From positions 248,001 to 312,000 of the forward strand of contig CP060759.1 in assembly GCA_023205875.1 (NCBI GenBank): a stretch of DNA of 64,000 nucleotides, written 5' to 3'. The notes below the pieces were generated by a model that saw nothing but the letters and a program-made list of their open reading frames with translations, made no database searches and was not told the DNA's origin. This stretch comes from Chloropicon primus. Taxonomy: Eukaryota. Each line of letters starts with the position of its first letter. Positions within the stretch are counted from its first letter, which is position 1. This document shows, piece after piece, positions 51,203-62,474 of this stretch. Made by a program: the position numbers and the translations under genes.

Positions 51203-52101
51203 CCCCCGAGCCCCCGCGGCCTCTTCAACCCTCCGCTCACCAACCAGCCGCTTGATCTCGATCTCTGAGAAGATGCCACCACGACGACGACGAAGACGAC
51301 GATGAAGAGAGGGATGGACAACGAGGAAGCGAAGAGTCAGTAAGGAGAGCAGCGAGGAAGGTAGAATGCGGCAAGGGGCACCCTCTCAGACAGCACCGTG
51401 CCGTACCTCCTCGCCACAATTGCGGTGAGCAAACTCAAACCTTCCAGCACGATGAAAACACGGATGAACAACAACGAAATGAAGATGAAGATGAAGCGCG
51501 AGTCAGTCGCGAGGAAGGGAAGTTGCGGCATGAGCACGCCATCACAGGCGCTATCGTGATCGCGATCACTGTCGCTGTCGATCCTTCCGTAACGTAGCGT
51601 AACGTAACGCACCTCCTCGCCTCGCGATCGATCGGTGTGGAGCTCGCCGCCCTCGCCCTGCTGCGCCGAAGGTGTGATCACTTCTGTGTGGTATTTAATC
51701 GCTGATCGATCGCGATCGATCGGAGCGGAACGAAGGTGTTCGCGAGGACGGTGGCGACGAGAGGTGTAAGGGAAAAGAGGAAGGGAGGGGACCAGACAAA
51801 AGTGCGTCTCGAGAGCTTTCCATTGGTACCTTGATTGACGGCATCGGCAAAGGATTGACCCGAGGGGACGCCGTCTGAACGAGTTTGGTTCCTGGCGAGG
51901 GAAGTGGAGGAGTGCAGCGCAATTAGGGAGGAGTTTACCGACGAGGACGAGAGAGAGGTGAGGAGCAAGATCGCCAGGCGGAAGATTCGTCTCACGATCT
52001 TTCGATTGATACGTTGGTGGACTCGTTTGGCGTCTCGAGCTGCTTGAGCGGCACGACACCGACACGGGTACCTCCTCTACCGCCGTCTGTCTGTGTGGGA
52101 G

Positions 52102-53834
52102 ATGGCGTCGGAGAGCAGGAGGTGGAGAGGACGTTGCTGCGCGAGGGGACCGGGCGTTACGTTGGGCAGGGTCTTGTTGTCGAGGAGGGAGCGCGTCGTC
52201 CGATCGAGTAGACGCGAGAAAAGTCGAATCGAAGCGGGGAGGGGGAACGTTATGGTTGGCTTGGACGAGGAGGAGGTGTCCGTGATCCGGAACGAGGTTC
52301 TGACGTATGCCGCGGCGAATGGGTTGCTTATGCTTGCGGCTTCGGGCGAGGTCGGCCTGGTTCACGTGCCAGTGAGCCTCCTTCCGGCCATGGCTGTGCC
52401 TCGGAAGCTCTTTGAGGAGGTGAGGGGCCTCGCCGAGCCCTTTAACGCTCTGGTAGAGAGGCTGGCGGGAGATCCAGGGGTGATACGGGAAACTCTCGCA
52501 GCCGCGGCGAAGCAGGACGACTTCACAAAGAGCTTGCTTGACATCTATACCAGGGTGCTGGGAGGTCCGCGGCCGGACGTGGCGAGGAAGAACTTGGCGG
52601 TGAACCGTTCGGACTACATGATGGACGAGGCGTCGCAGAGCCTGTTGCAAGTGGAGCTGAACACGATATCCTCCTCGTTCGGGGCCCAGTCGACGGTCAT
52701 GGCTCAGATGCACAAGCAGGTCCTCGGCAAGTTCGACTTTCTTTCGGAGGGGGGGAGCGGGGGCTGGTTTGGGGGAGAGGCCCTGCCGGACTGCCTGGAG
52801 TCTTGCGTTCCTTACGAGGACACCATTGGGGACATCGTTCAGGCTTTTGCGACGGCTGTGGCGGAGTACAGCAAGTCCAGGGACTCCGTCGACGCAGGCT
52901 TTGACTCGAAGAGCGCCGTGGTGCTAATGGTCGTGCAGGACGACGAGAGGAACATCATGGATCAGCAAATCCTCGAGCAGGAGCTTTGGAAGAGGCACAA
53001 GGTTCGCATGGTCAGGAAAACCCTGAAAGAGATCAGGGACGAAGCCGTCTTGGACGGGGCTGACGGCATTCTGAGGCTGGCGAGTGGACAGGAAGTCGCT
53101 GTGAGCTATCTGAGGGCAGGGTACAGTCCAATGGACTACAAAACGGATGCAGAGTGGGACGCCAGGCTCACCCTGGAGCAGAGCCAGGCGTTCAAGTGTC
53201 CTTCCATCGCGTACCAGCTGGTGGGCTCGAAGAAAGTGCAACAGTACCTCGCAGAGGACGGTGTCTTGGAGAAGTTTCTTGACAGCGAGGAGGACTGCAG
53301 GAATTTGAGGAAGTGCTTCGCGAGCCTGTGGGCGTTGGACGACCCGGAAGAACCCCAAACCAAACAAGTCATCGAGCACGCCAAGATGAATCCGCATCTG
53401 TACGTTCTGAAACCTCAGAGAGAGGGCGGGGGGAATAACTTGTACGACGGGGACTTGGTCAAGGCTCTTGAGGAAGAACCAGATTTGTCGGCCTACATTC
53501 TGATGCAGAGGATCGTCGCTCCAATCCGCAAGTCTTTCTTGCTGAGGAACGGGGAGTGCGTCGAGGCGGACACACTTTCGGAGCTCGGCATTTACGGAGT
53601 CTATCTGTCTGACAATGGACGGTAAGTGAGCACGACGACGACGACGGGCAGCAGCTTGTCCCCGGGTCTTCAAAAGTCTAAAATCTCATCATTCTGACAT
53701 CTCTTTCTTCTTGTGTTTATAGGGAAATAATAAATCAGTGCTCGGGAGCACTCGTCAGGACAAAGCTAGCCAGTTCCAACGAGGGAGGGGTCACCGCGGG
53801 TTTTGCGTGCCTCAGCACCCCCCTGCTCCACTAG
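52102..53834 (+). CDS. GSH2: Glutathione synthetase, eukaryotic type (intron 53622-53722)
   Basis: RSDYM, QVELNTISSSF, YLRAGYSP.DY, KCPSIAYQLVGSKKVQQ, VLKPQREGGGNN, SELGIYG, RTK..SNEGGV. Confidence 0.96.
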
Positions 53835-53909
53835 GCTGTTGGGCGAATGTGTCTCTCTCTTTTTAATCCTTTTAATATATCTATGCACTAGTATACGAAT
53901 GCTACATCC

Positions 53910-55400
53910 TTACAGAAATGGGTCCCTAATAATCTGCGGCTCAAAATCATTTTGCACGTACTTGTTCAGCAAGTCTGCATACAGGTCGTGCCTCCCGGTC
54001 ATCTGGATACACCACCTGTCTCTGACTTGCTGTATAAGGTTCAAGTCGCACTCCACGATCATGAGCCCGTCCTTGTTTCTCGACAGCGCAGGGGTCCTCG
54101 AAGCGTCTGGGGCAGCCACGTAGCTGCTCCCGTAAAAGTGCCCAAAGTCATTATGAGCTGGTTTTGCATCCCCAGACGTAAACTCGTTCGGGAACGTCTC
54201 CGTTCCCACCCTATTGATCGCGCCCACGAAGTAGCTGTTGTTTATCGCAGCGTTCCTCGCTTCTATGGACCACATTGGCTCAGTGAGCTCACCCACCGTG
54301 GCAGACGGGTTGAACACGATCTCCGCGCCGTTCAGTCCGAAACCCATCCAATTCAGGGTGTGGTGCCTGCCGTAGCAGATGTTCACTCCTATCTTCGCGT
54401 ACTTGGTCTCAAACACGGGGTGCCCGGTGTTACCCTCCATGTAATACGTCGACTCGTTGAAGTCGTTCACTCGGGGTATGTGGTTCTTCCTGTGCTTTCC
54501 GATGACGTTGCCGTTGTGCCCCACCACCACCGCGGTGTTCCACACCGTGCCGTTGTGGGCCTCGTCCCTCTCCAGTATCGTCGCCACGATGACCATGTCC
54601 CACTTCTTCGCCAGCTCCTTGATCTTCAGCATGCTGGTCCCAGTCTCGAGGTCCTCGGCGAACTCGCACCACCTCTTCTCCCTCGTGCAGAACGCGAACG
54701 GCATGTTCCATGCCTCCTGCAGGCAGAGCACCTGCACCCCCGACTCGCCGGCTAGATCGCATATCCTCTCTATCTTGTCGATCAGACCCTGCTTCTGCAA
54801 CTTGAAGGGCTCCGTCGTGGGGACGGCTATGCTGTTCTGCACGAGGCCCATCACGACCTTTCGGGGAGGTCTCATCTCCTCCTCCGCGGCCCTGAACTGG
54901 TACGCCTTCACGTCCAAGTCCAGCTCCGTCGCCGAGGTCGCGACGTCCTCCTTCAGGGGCAGCTCGGCCACGGGCTTCCCCTGGTTGTAGCCGTGCAGCA
55001 CTCGAAACACCTCCTTCTTCTCCTTCTCCGGGAGGTACGTGTCCAAGAGATTCTCAAGGGAACGAAACCCGGCAAGCGTCCCTTCGTCGTTCGCCTTCGC
55101 CTTCTCCTCCTCGACGACCTTCCTCGCCGCCAGCCCGTCGTTGTGCCTCCCGTTCGTCTTCGGCAAGGCGTTAATGATACCCCCGTTCAACTTGAATGGA
55201 CCCTGACCATTCCCGAGTGACCGAAACACCGACCCATTGTTCTCCGAAGACGAAAAGGTACCGTTCATGGGCCTCGTCCTGCACTTGGCCACAACCGCTT
55301 TCCCTCTCCTCCTGTCGTTTGCGTTTGTGTGCGGTAGTATTTCAATCCCTTTCGTCTTGGTAAACAAACTCTGTTCCAGTCTGTTCCAGCGCGTACTCAT
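53910..55400 (-). CDS. PYD3: Beta-ureidopropionase (beta-alanine synthase)
   Basis: QEAWNMPFAFCTREK, HRKNHIPRVNDFNESTYYMEG, NICYGRHH, EFTSGDAKPAHNDFGHFYGSSY. Confidence 0.96.
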   Translation of the reverse strand: MSTRWNRLEQSLFTKTKGIEILPHTNANDRRRGKAVVAKCRTRPMNGTFSSSENNGSVFRSLGNGQGPFKLNGGIINALPKTNGRHNDGLAARKVVEEEKAKANDEGTLAGFRSLENLLDTYLPEKEKKEVFRVLHGYNQGKPVAELPLKEDVATSATELDLDVKAYQFRAAEEEMRPPRKVVMGLVQNSIAVPTTEPFKLQKQGLIDKIERICDLAGESGVQVLCLQEAWNMPFAFCTREKRWCEFAEDLETGTSMLKIKELAKKWDMVIVATILERDEAHNGTVWNTAVVVGHNGNVIGKHRKNHIPRVNDFNESTYYMEGNTGHPVFETKYAKIGVNICYGRHHTLNWMGFGLNGAEIVFNPSATVGELTEPMWSIEARNAAINNSYFVGAINRVGTETFPNEFTSGDAKPAHNDFGHFYGSSYVAAPDASRTPALSRNKDGLMIVECDLNLIQQVRDRWCIQMTGRHDLYADLLNKYVQNDFEPQIIRDPFL

Positions 55401-56382
55401 AGAAGAAATGAACTTGGTCGTCCGACCCGTGACCTACCCGCTCTGCTACAGCCCCTCGCTTCTCCCTTTGCTTCCCCCACCACAAACAGATCCTCGTCGT
55501 ACGAGAGAGAGAGAGAAGAGAAACCCTTGGTAATCTCTGTGGTTGGTGTAGAACGAAGGGACAGACAGGACAAGACAAAAGGAAAAGAGAAGAAAGGGAA
55601 GGGATCAAAACGAAACAAAAGGGAAACGGATCACTCCAGTCTTTTCTTTCTTTCTTTCTTTCTTGTTTCTTGTTGCGAGGCTTTTGATAAGACCCTTGGG
55701 AGAGATGAAGACCTTTGGGGAGGACCGGAGAGATGACCTGGTCTGGGTTGGTCGTCCGTCCTACAGGGACGGAGAGAGGACGTGGCGTTCGAGGGTTCCG
55801 GGTGCTGAGATTGGAAAAAGTAAGAGAACTCCTTGGACTTGGTTGACACTCCCTTCCAACACAATGAAGGAATTGTAACCCATTCTTGGACACAATCTCT
55901 TGAAACATTCTCTTGAAACGACAAGAAACCATCCCTTCGTCTGTTGGGTCCGAAATTCACCTTCAAATTTGAAGACGAAGGATTTGAACGAATCGAGCGA
56001 CAGGCCGCGGGACGGAGGTCTCCTTCGCTCTCTCTCTGTCCTTGGAAGAATGGGAAGAGGTCTGCCCCTAGCCTCCTCCGCAGTCCACGGCCAAACCCAG
56101 GAGCACAGCGGCAAAGAGGAAGACAAAAGATTTCATCTTGGAATCCTAACTCCACTTCGTTGCCTTGCCTTGCCTTGCGTTGCGTTGCGTCGCTGTCCAA
56201 AGGTCGTTGCCCTGCTTTAGAAGGGCCGTCCGAGACAGGACAAAGAGAAAGGCAAAGTCTTGGGCACTCGAAAGGTTTCACTTGCTTGGACTCCGGTTGC
56301 CAAAGGTTAGGCTCGGTCGTAAGGTTAGGCTCGGTCGTAAGGTTGGCCCCCCTCCCTTTGGGTGCGGGGCGTCGTCGTCAAC

Positions 56383-59325
56383 ATGAGCAGCAGCTTGGGT
56401 TGGACGGAGAAGCAGAGGAAGCTGAAGCAGCACGCTCGTGAGACTGCTGCGAGGAGGAGGAAATGGGAGAAGATAGCTGCGGACCAGGAGGCCGAGGAGG
56501 AGGACAAGCTGAAAAAAGCTTTGGAGAAAAGAAGGAGGGAGCTTGACTCGAAGAACAGGTACTTGCGGCAGCCGCTGGCGAAGCCACCTCCGGCGAAGAG
56601 AAGCTTCCTCACCAAAGGGAGCAAGAGGTGCGCTCGAGCGGGGGTGGACGGGCACAATGACGCCGCTCTCACGAATCACAGGAGGGTGGCAACTCGGCCA
56701 GGAGCCTCTCAGGCCGACAAGAGGGAAGGCAGAGAGATCCTCAAGGCGTTCATCCGAGAGAAGCGGGAAGCGCTCAAGGGGTCCACCAAGGCGGTCGACG
56801 ACGGGGCCTGCGAAGCTGCGGTCACTGTCGCGGCACCGAGGGCCAAGTGGAAGAACCTGAAGGAGGAGGCGAACACCGGGCTGGAGAGCATACTCAGCAG
56901 GTACTCGTGCCAACCGAGGGCCGAGGAGGAGGAGGCGGGGGCAACGCACGGAGGCCGGCGGTACTTGAGGGAAGTGCAGGAGAATCGCTTTAGCGGCGGC
57001 GAGACGCTCGCCGAGGAGCCCTCGAGCCCTCGCAAGCCACCCAGGCCACCGCAGAAAAAGAGCACAGGTGAAGAACTAGGCATTGCGGCGGCAAGAGAGC
57101 AGGTCGAAGACAACGAGAACAACGAGAACAACCACTGCCCGGGTCCCACGTCATTGAGGAGGGGGTGCGTGAGCACGGCGAGGCACAGGCCAACCCCTCT
57201 GATGTTCGCTGCAGACAGCTTGGATGGATCGGCAGTGGAGTTGAGCGTGCCGAAAGACGATTCTCTCGAAGCAGTGGACGTGGACCGCGGCGGTCAACAA
57301 GAACAAGCCTCGCAGAAAGGCACCACTGTTCTGCAAGATCTCATTGATCTGAGGAGTATCGATGCGACCAGCGGGGAAGGTTACGGAGCGACGACGACAA
57401 CGACGCAGGAGGAGGGCCACCGCAAGAATGTCGACGTGGGCATGGATGCGGTGCTTCTTCACGACTCGCTGGACGTGTACGATAAAATGGACAGCACCGT
57501 CTTGGAGGAAGGTTCGAGCAATCACGGAGAGGAGGAGGAGGTCCCGGACGTGAGCGGATCTGTGCTGGAATTGAAGTATTTCGGAGACCTGGCAGCGAAG
57601 CGGAGCGCCGCCCCGAGCAGTGCAAGTGAAAGCGTTCCGCCGCCGAGCGGCACAGTAGACGCTCGGAAGGAGAAGGATATGGAAAAGTCCCTCGCTTGGT
57701 GGTGCGACGCTGAGGACGTGGCAGCCAATCAAGGCGAAAAGGCTGATTCAGGGAGAGTCTTTCACCCAGAGTTAGAATGGGGCGAAGGCAGTTTGGCGAG
57801 CACCGTGAACAACAAGAACAAACTCCCCAAAAACGATGCTAGGCAATCTCGTTACAATGCTTGGGGGGGAGACAGACTGGTGAACGACTTGCTTGCAGGC
57901 GCATTGAACGCCGCCCCTCCAATGGTGAAGCCGCTTCCTGCGCAGAATGTGGTTTGCATGAGGCAGGCCTCCTCGGAGTACACCTACCAGTCACCAAGGA
58001 AGCCGATGGCTCCGTCAGATTTCGTGAGCCTGACGGACCAAAGCTTGGGCTCTGTCGTAAAGAGCAAGCTCAAGAGCACTAGGACGCCGTCCATCGAAAA
58101 GAGGGCAGGATTGGCTGCAGAGAACGAAGGGCGGATGCAAGCCTTCAGTGAAAAGGCGAAGCAAAAAGAGGTGCTTCAAAAGAAAAGGCAGAAGCCGAGG
58201 CAGCAAATGGAGCAAGGAATCGAAGGGCCTCTCATGTGCAAGGGCAGTTATGCTCAATCGGTGCAGGACAAGGTCTACAGCCTCGAGATGATGGCAAGCA
58301 AATCGAAGGCAGGGCAGGGCAGGGCGAAGGCAAAGGACAAGGTGGCAAGAGCGAGCCCCAAGGCATCCAATCAAGGGCCCAGTGCAGAGCCTCAGCGCAG
58401 GCAGGCAAGCGCAACGGTTGCGTGGGAGGCCCGTGGCCCAATGCCCTCCAGAAGCAGATCCCCTGAAAAGCCCACGAAGACTCGGCAATACAAGCACATC
58501 AGCCCCGCAGACATGGAGGCGTTCACAAAGCCGTCGGTTGTGCGTTTCGCTGACAGAGTCCGGGATGAGCAAGGCATGGTGACAACCCTCTCCATGGAAG
58601 AGAGCCGGCTCAAGCAATCCTTGGCGAGGCTCGACAGGGAGTATCTGCAGTTGGGTGGGGGGAGAAAGAAAGATCATCGTCATCCTGTCGATGTCAAGGT
58701 TGTAGAACGGCAGGGCGGGCTGACGGAGGAAGGGCTGCTTGCTTCGCTGCAGAGGCTTGACCTGCACTTGAAGGAATTCAGTCGGTCTCCTTGCAAGCAG
58801 ACCTCGGAGAGAGAAACAAAAGGAGCTCCACAGGGAGACCATTCACCCCGTGAAATTCCCGGTGAGCCAGGCGTTACTTTGACAACGCAGCATGGCTTCA
58901 AGAGAAGGGACGTTGTGTTGCGGCAAGACCACTTGCACCTCCCGTTGGACGACGTCGTTGTTGCAAAGAGACCTCAGCAGGAGAAGCACCTGAAGTCAGG
59001 GTTCGTGTACAGGAATTTGGCAAAGGCGGCCCCCGTGCTCTCTGGAAATCCTCAGGGTAACCCTGCCGGGTTGAATGACAGGAGGGGCAATGTGGGCCTG
59101 ACGAACGGCAAAACAGGAAGCGTAGGGGCGCTGGGGAAGCCAAGCGTGCCAACTGCAACGGATTGTGGCGCGACATCCAAGGGAGAGGGCTCCAATCCTC
59201 CTGCTGACTTTGGGGGGCAGAAGCTTAAAGCGATCTCAAGGAAGAACCACGCTGTGAGAATGCACCTTGGAGATAGCGGGGGAAAGATCGTGCTTTCTCA
59301 GGCTGCCAAGGAACTCTTATTGTAA
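56383..59325 (+). CDS. Large hypothetical low-complexity/coiled-coil protein
   Basis: About 980 open codons; no recognised domain. Confidence 0.7.
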   Translation: MSSSLGWTEKQRKLKQHARETAARRRKWEKIAADQEAEEEDKLKKALEKRRRELDSKNRYLRQPLAKPPPAKRSFLTKGSKRCARAGVDGHNDAALTNHRRVATRPGASQADKREGREILKAFIREKREALKGSTKAVDDGACEAAVTVAAPRAKWKNLKEEANTGLESILSRYSCQPRAEEEEAGATHGGRRYLREVQENRFSGGETLAEEPSSPRKPPRPPQKKSTGEELGIAAAREQVEDNENNENNHCPGPTSLRRGCVSTARHRPTPLMFAADSLDGSAVELSVPKDDSLEAVDVDRGGQQEQASQKGTTVLQDLIDLRSIDATSGEGYGATTTTTQEEGHRKNVDVGMDAVLLHDSLDVYDKMDSTVLEEGSSNHGEEEEVPDVSGSVLELKYFGDLAAKRSAAPSSASESVPPPSGTVDARKEKDMEKSLAWWCDAEDVAANQGEKADSGRVFHPELEWGEGSLASTVNNKNKLPKNDARQSRYNAWGGDRLVNDLLAGALNAAPPMVKPLPAQNVVCMRQASSEYTYQSPRKPMAPSDFVSLTDQSLGSVVKSKLKSTRTPSIEKRAGLAAENEGRMQAFSEKAKQKEVLQKKRQKPRQQMEQGIEGPLMCKGSYAQSVQDKVYSLEMMASKSKAGQGRAKAKDKVARASPKASNQGPSAEPQRRQASATVAWEARGPMPSRSRSPEKPTKTRQYKHISPADMEAFTKPSVVRFADRVRDEQGMVTTLSMEESRLKQSLARLDREYLQLGGGRKKDHRHPVDVKVVERQGGLTEEGLLASLQRLDLHLKEFSRSPCKQTSERETKGAPQGDHSPREIPGEPGVTLTTQHGFKRRDVVLRQDHLHLPLDDVVVAKRPQQEKHLKSGFVYRNLAKAAPVLSGNPQGNPAGLNDRRGNVGLTNGKTGSVGALGKPSVPTATDCGATSKGEGSNPPADFGGQKLKAISRKNHAVRMHLGDSGGKIVLSQAAKELLL

Positions 59326-60516
59326 CTTTGTCTTTGTTTTTGTTGTTGTTGTTGTAATTTTGTTGTGAGATAATCATATTGCGTTTGGATGCCAATCAGT
59401 CTTCAAAATCTTGTTCTTGAGGGCATTATAGGAAGAGCTTGTGACGAGCTTGTCCTCTCCCACTCCACTCTTTCCCGCGTCATTTTTCGGCAGATGAGAT
59501 CATATCTTCTTGCCAGAAGAGGCGGGAGGGCGGGAGGGAAGGATGAAGGGCCGTCGGAGGTCATGGTGTCGAAGTAGAGTTAATGTGGAAGTGTCCAGCC
59601 CCCCTCCCTCCCCCCCTCTCTCCTCTCCTCTCCTCTCTTTTTTTGATGTTGTGGTCGTGGTCGTGGTCCTGGTCCTGGTCCTGGTCGTGGAAATTTTGAA
59701 AATGTCATGACCTCAGTTGTGAGCGTCCGTCGGCGCGCCAGGCCGGTCGCTTGCCCGAGCGACCGGCCTGCCCGAGCGACCAGCACTTCCCTTGGCGACG
59801 CCGTGTGCCCATCACCATGGTGTGCCCAGCCATGATGAAGCTGGGCTTGATTAGTCGAGACTGAGAGGGGCTTGCGTTTTCGTTTTTTGTTTCCTTGTGT
59901 TTCTTTTTTAAGTGAACGCGCCCCCATAGTCGAGGCCACAGCTCGAAGACTCAAAGAGCGTGCGAGCTCGACAGTCCCTGGCATCGGCGGGGTGGGGGGT
60001 TGTGGACGATGAAAGGAGTAGCCTTGCGTGCCTACATGTTTCAAGACTTTTGATTCTGAAACAGCCAACCAACCAAGCCTCGCCACCGCCGGGGTGAGCT
60101 CCGACACGCCTGCATGAAAGTGTTTTACACTCGGGACAGCTCCTTCCTCTTCGGAGTGAGAGTAGTTCGGATGGCTCTCTACATTGGATGGAAGTGTCAC
60201 CTTCCATTCTAAGGCGTTTCGATTCGCTGGTGGCGGGCCGCATAGAATACAATCGAAGGTACCTGATGGGAGTAACCCTCCGGGGTAACTTTTGCGTGAT
60301 GGTATCGTGTAATCAAATGATGAGAAGCAAACGTAGACGCAGCGCAGGCCGAAGCCCTGGTGAAGCCCTGAGCGTCATGAGTGTGATCGCTCTCACCAGC
60401 GATCACACGAGGATTCTAAACATTTGCTAAATCTGATGTACTATATGGGAACCCAAGAATTTTTTTAACGGCAGAGCAGAGGCGGAGCTGGGAGGTCTCG
60501 TCGTGTCTCGAGGAGG

Positions 60517-62382
60517 ATGGTTCGCGACAAGGAGGCTTGGCTGGTGATCGTGGGCGCGAGCGAGGCGGCGCTGCACTTGCTCGAGAGGCTCCCGGAGAAG
60601 GCCTTGCGGGACGTGGTGGTCCTGTCTGGCGAGGAGGGATCGTCTCCAGCTCGAGGGGATGGTGGGGATGGTGATGGGTTCTCGTCCTTCCTCGCTCGGG
60701 GCAAGGACAAGATGAAGCGGCTGAGGATGGAGTCCGAGCCGGCGAGGAGGACGACGCGGATGGCGTGCAGCGCCATCGACTCGACGAAGCTCGAGCGCTG
60801 GATCGCGTCCAAGGCGGCCGCGGGCGATGACGCTTTCGCCTCCGAGCCCTTGGTGGAAGCCGTGGAGGGCTTCGTGCGGTGCCCAAGCCTGGAGGCTCTC
60901 GGCAAGTTCCTCGACTCGCGTGCCAGGCGCTTCGCGAGGAAGGGCCTTCGCGTTGTGGACGCCCGGCTCGAGTCCGTGAGCGTCGTGCCGCACGGGGACG
61001 GGCCAGCCGCACTCGAAGGAGGCCTCGCTCGGTTGGACCTCGAGGCAGAACCCTCGCGCGCGGGGAAGGGGGCGTTGGTCCGGGTGAAGCTTTCGGACGG
61101 GTCGACCCTGCTTGCGAGCCAAGTGGTTGTGGCAGACACCGGGACGTGCGCAGGGAGGGCGAACGTGCCGGCGTTCGTGGGAAGGATAGGGATGGCGTCC
61201 TGCGCGAGCGGCGGGGGGGCGGGATGGCACGAGGCCATCGCGTACGCGGAGAGCGACTTGGACCTCAGCAAGAGCTCGGATTACTCCGGCAAGACTATCT
61301 GCATCGTGGGAGGAGGGATGACCTCGGTCCACTTGGCGGACAAGGCCCTTCACGAGCTCGGGGTCGCGCGAATCCACCTCATTTCGAGAGGGAAGATGGA
61401 CGGGGTGAAGAAGTTTGACGTCGACGTAGGCTGGCTCGGAAAGAAGAACATGAAGGCATTCCTCGAAGAGATGGGCCCGTGGGAGAGGCTGAGGGCGTGC
61501 AGGCATTCTGCAGGCAAAAGCACTTTGTCTCCGCGGGCCAAGGGCACCTTGAACCGCCTCCTGCAGGAGCCCGCGTTCGCGTTGCTCACAGAGACTGTGG
61601 TCTCCACTGCAGCGTGGAGGGAGAACAAGTGGACGATCCAGGTTAACAACAGCTGCGACGCCATCTCATGCGACCAAATTTGGGTCGCGTGTGGGAGATC
61701 TTTCGACTGCCTGAGCGAGCTCGTCGTTCAAGACTTGCAGGAGGTCTCGAAGGCACGGATCTGTGGCGCGTATCCGCTGCTGGACAGTGCCACGCTTGCG
61801 TGGCCTGGCATTCCAAATGTGATGTTCATGGGGACAACGGCAGCCTTGGCCCTAGGGCCATCGGCAAAGTATCCTTCCGGCTTCCGCGCGGCCTCGGAGA
61901 AGATCGCGAGAGCCTTGGAAAACCCATCTGCGCCCGCCTCGCCGCTTGATTTCGAGGATTTCGTGTCCAGCGGCGAATTGCTGTGCGAGGGAGAGGGCCC
62001 CAACAACGGGAGGTGGGATGAATCCGCCAAGCCCTCAATGCTAGAAGAGTCCCCAATAAAGCAGCGTCTCTGCAACAGTTCACAGGGCTTGGAGAAGTGC
62101 ACGATAGAGAGCTACACGTGGTCTGATAGCGATTTTGAGATCGACATCTACGTCAAGTTGAACGAGCCGGTGGAAAAGGAGGACGTGCTTGTGGACATCG
62201 GAGATCAGGCGCTGGAAGTTCTTGCAGAGACGAAGGGCAGGATCTACTATTTGAACCTCGAAAAGCTGTACAAGCCCGTGCAAGTGAAGAAGAGCACTTA
62301 CAGGGTGTTCGAGAAGAAGGGGAAAATTGTGGTCCGCCTCACCAAGTGCGACAACCACGAATGGAAGTTCTTGAAAGGGTGA
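60517..62382 (+). CDS. FAD/NAD(P)-binding oxidoreductase-like protein with C-terminal CS (p23-like) domain
   Basis: ICIVGGGMTSVHLA Rossmann motif, FDVDVGWLG, QIWVACG, ALALGPSA; C-term YTWSDSDFEIDIYV..LEKLYKPV..KIVVRLTK..W. Confidence 0.75.
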   Translation: MVRDKEAWLVIVGASEAALHLLERLPEKALRDVVVLSGEEGSSPARGDGGDGDGFSSFLARGKDKMKRLRMESEPARRTTRMACSAIDSTKLERWIASKAAAGDDAFASEPLVEAVEGFVRCPSLEALGKFLDSRARRFARKGLRVVDARLESVSVVPHGDGPAALEGGLARLDLEAEPSRAGKGALVRVKLSDGSTLLASQVVVADTGTCAGRANVPAFVGRIGMASCASGGGAGWHEAIAYAESDLDLSKSSDYSGKTICIVGGGMTSVHLADKALHELGVARIHLISRGKMDGVKKFDVDVGWLGKKNMKAFLEEMGPWERLRACRHSAGKSTLSPRAKGTLNRLLQEPAFALLTETVVSTAAWRENKWTIQVNNSCDAISCDQIWVACGRSFDCLSELVVQDLQEVSKARICGAYPLLDSATLAWPGIPNVMFMGTTAALALGPSAKYPSGFRAASEKIARALENPSAPASPLDFEDFVSSGELLCEGEGPNNGRWDESAKPSMLEESPIKQRLCNSSQGLEKCTIESYTWSDSDFEIDIYVKLNEPVEKEDVLVDIGDQALEVLAETKGRIYYLNLEKLYKPVQVKKSTYRVFEKKGKIVVRLTKCDNHEWKFLKG

Positions 62383-62474
62383 CACCGCCGTCAGGAAGGG
62401 GGGCGGGGAGAGAGGAGTCGCCAACAAGCGCAGGCTCGTGCGTAAGAATAAAAAGTAGAGTACATTTAAGTCAT

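Noticed and set aside
56303..56344. 18-bp tandem duplication AAGGTTAGGCTCGGTCGT
   Set aside because: Two copies only; ordinary slippage in a 5' region
60268..60292. Telomerase template (TAACCCT) or RNase MRP P4 motif
   Set aside because: Only 7 nt, buried in a hairpin; no canonical GAAAGTCCCC
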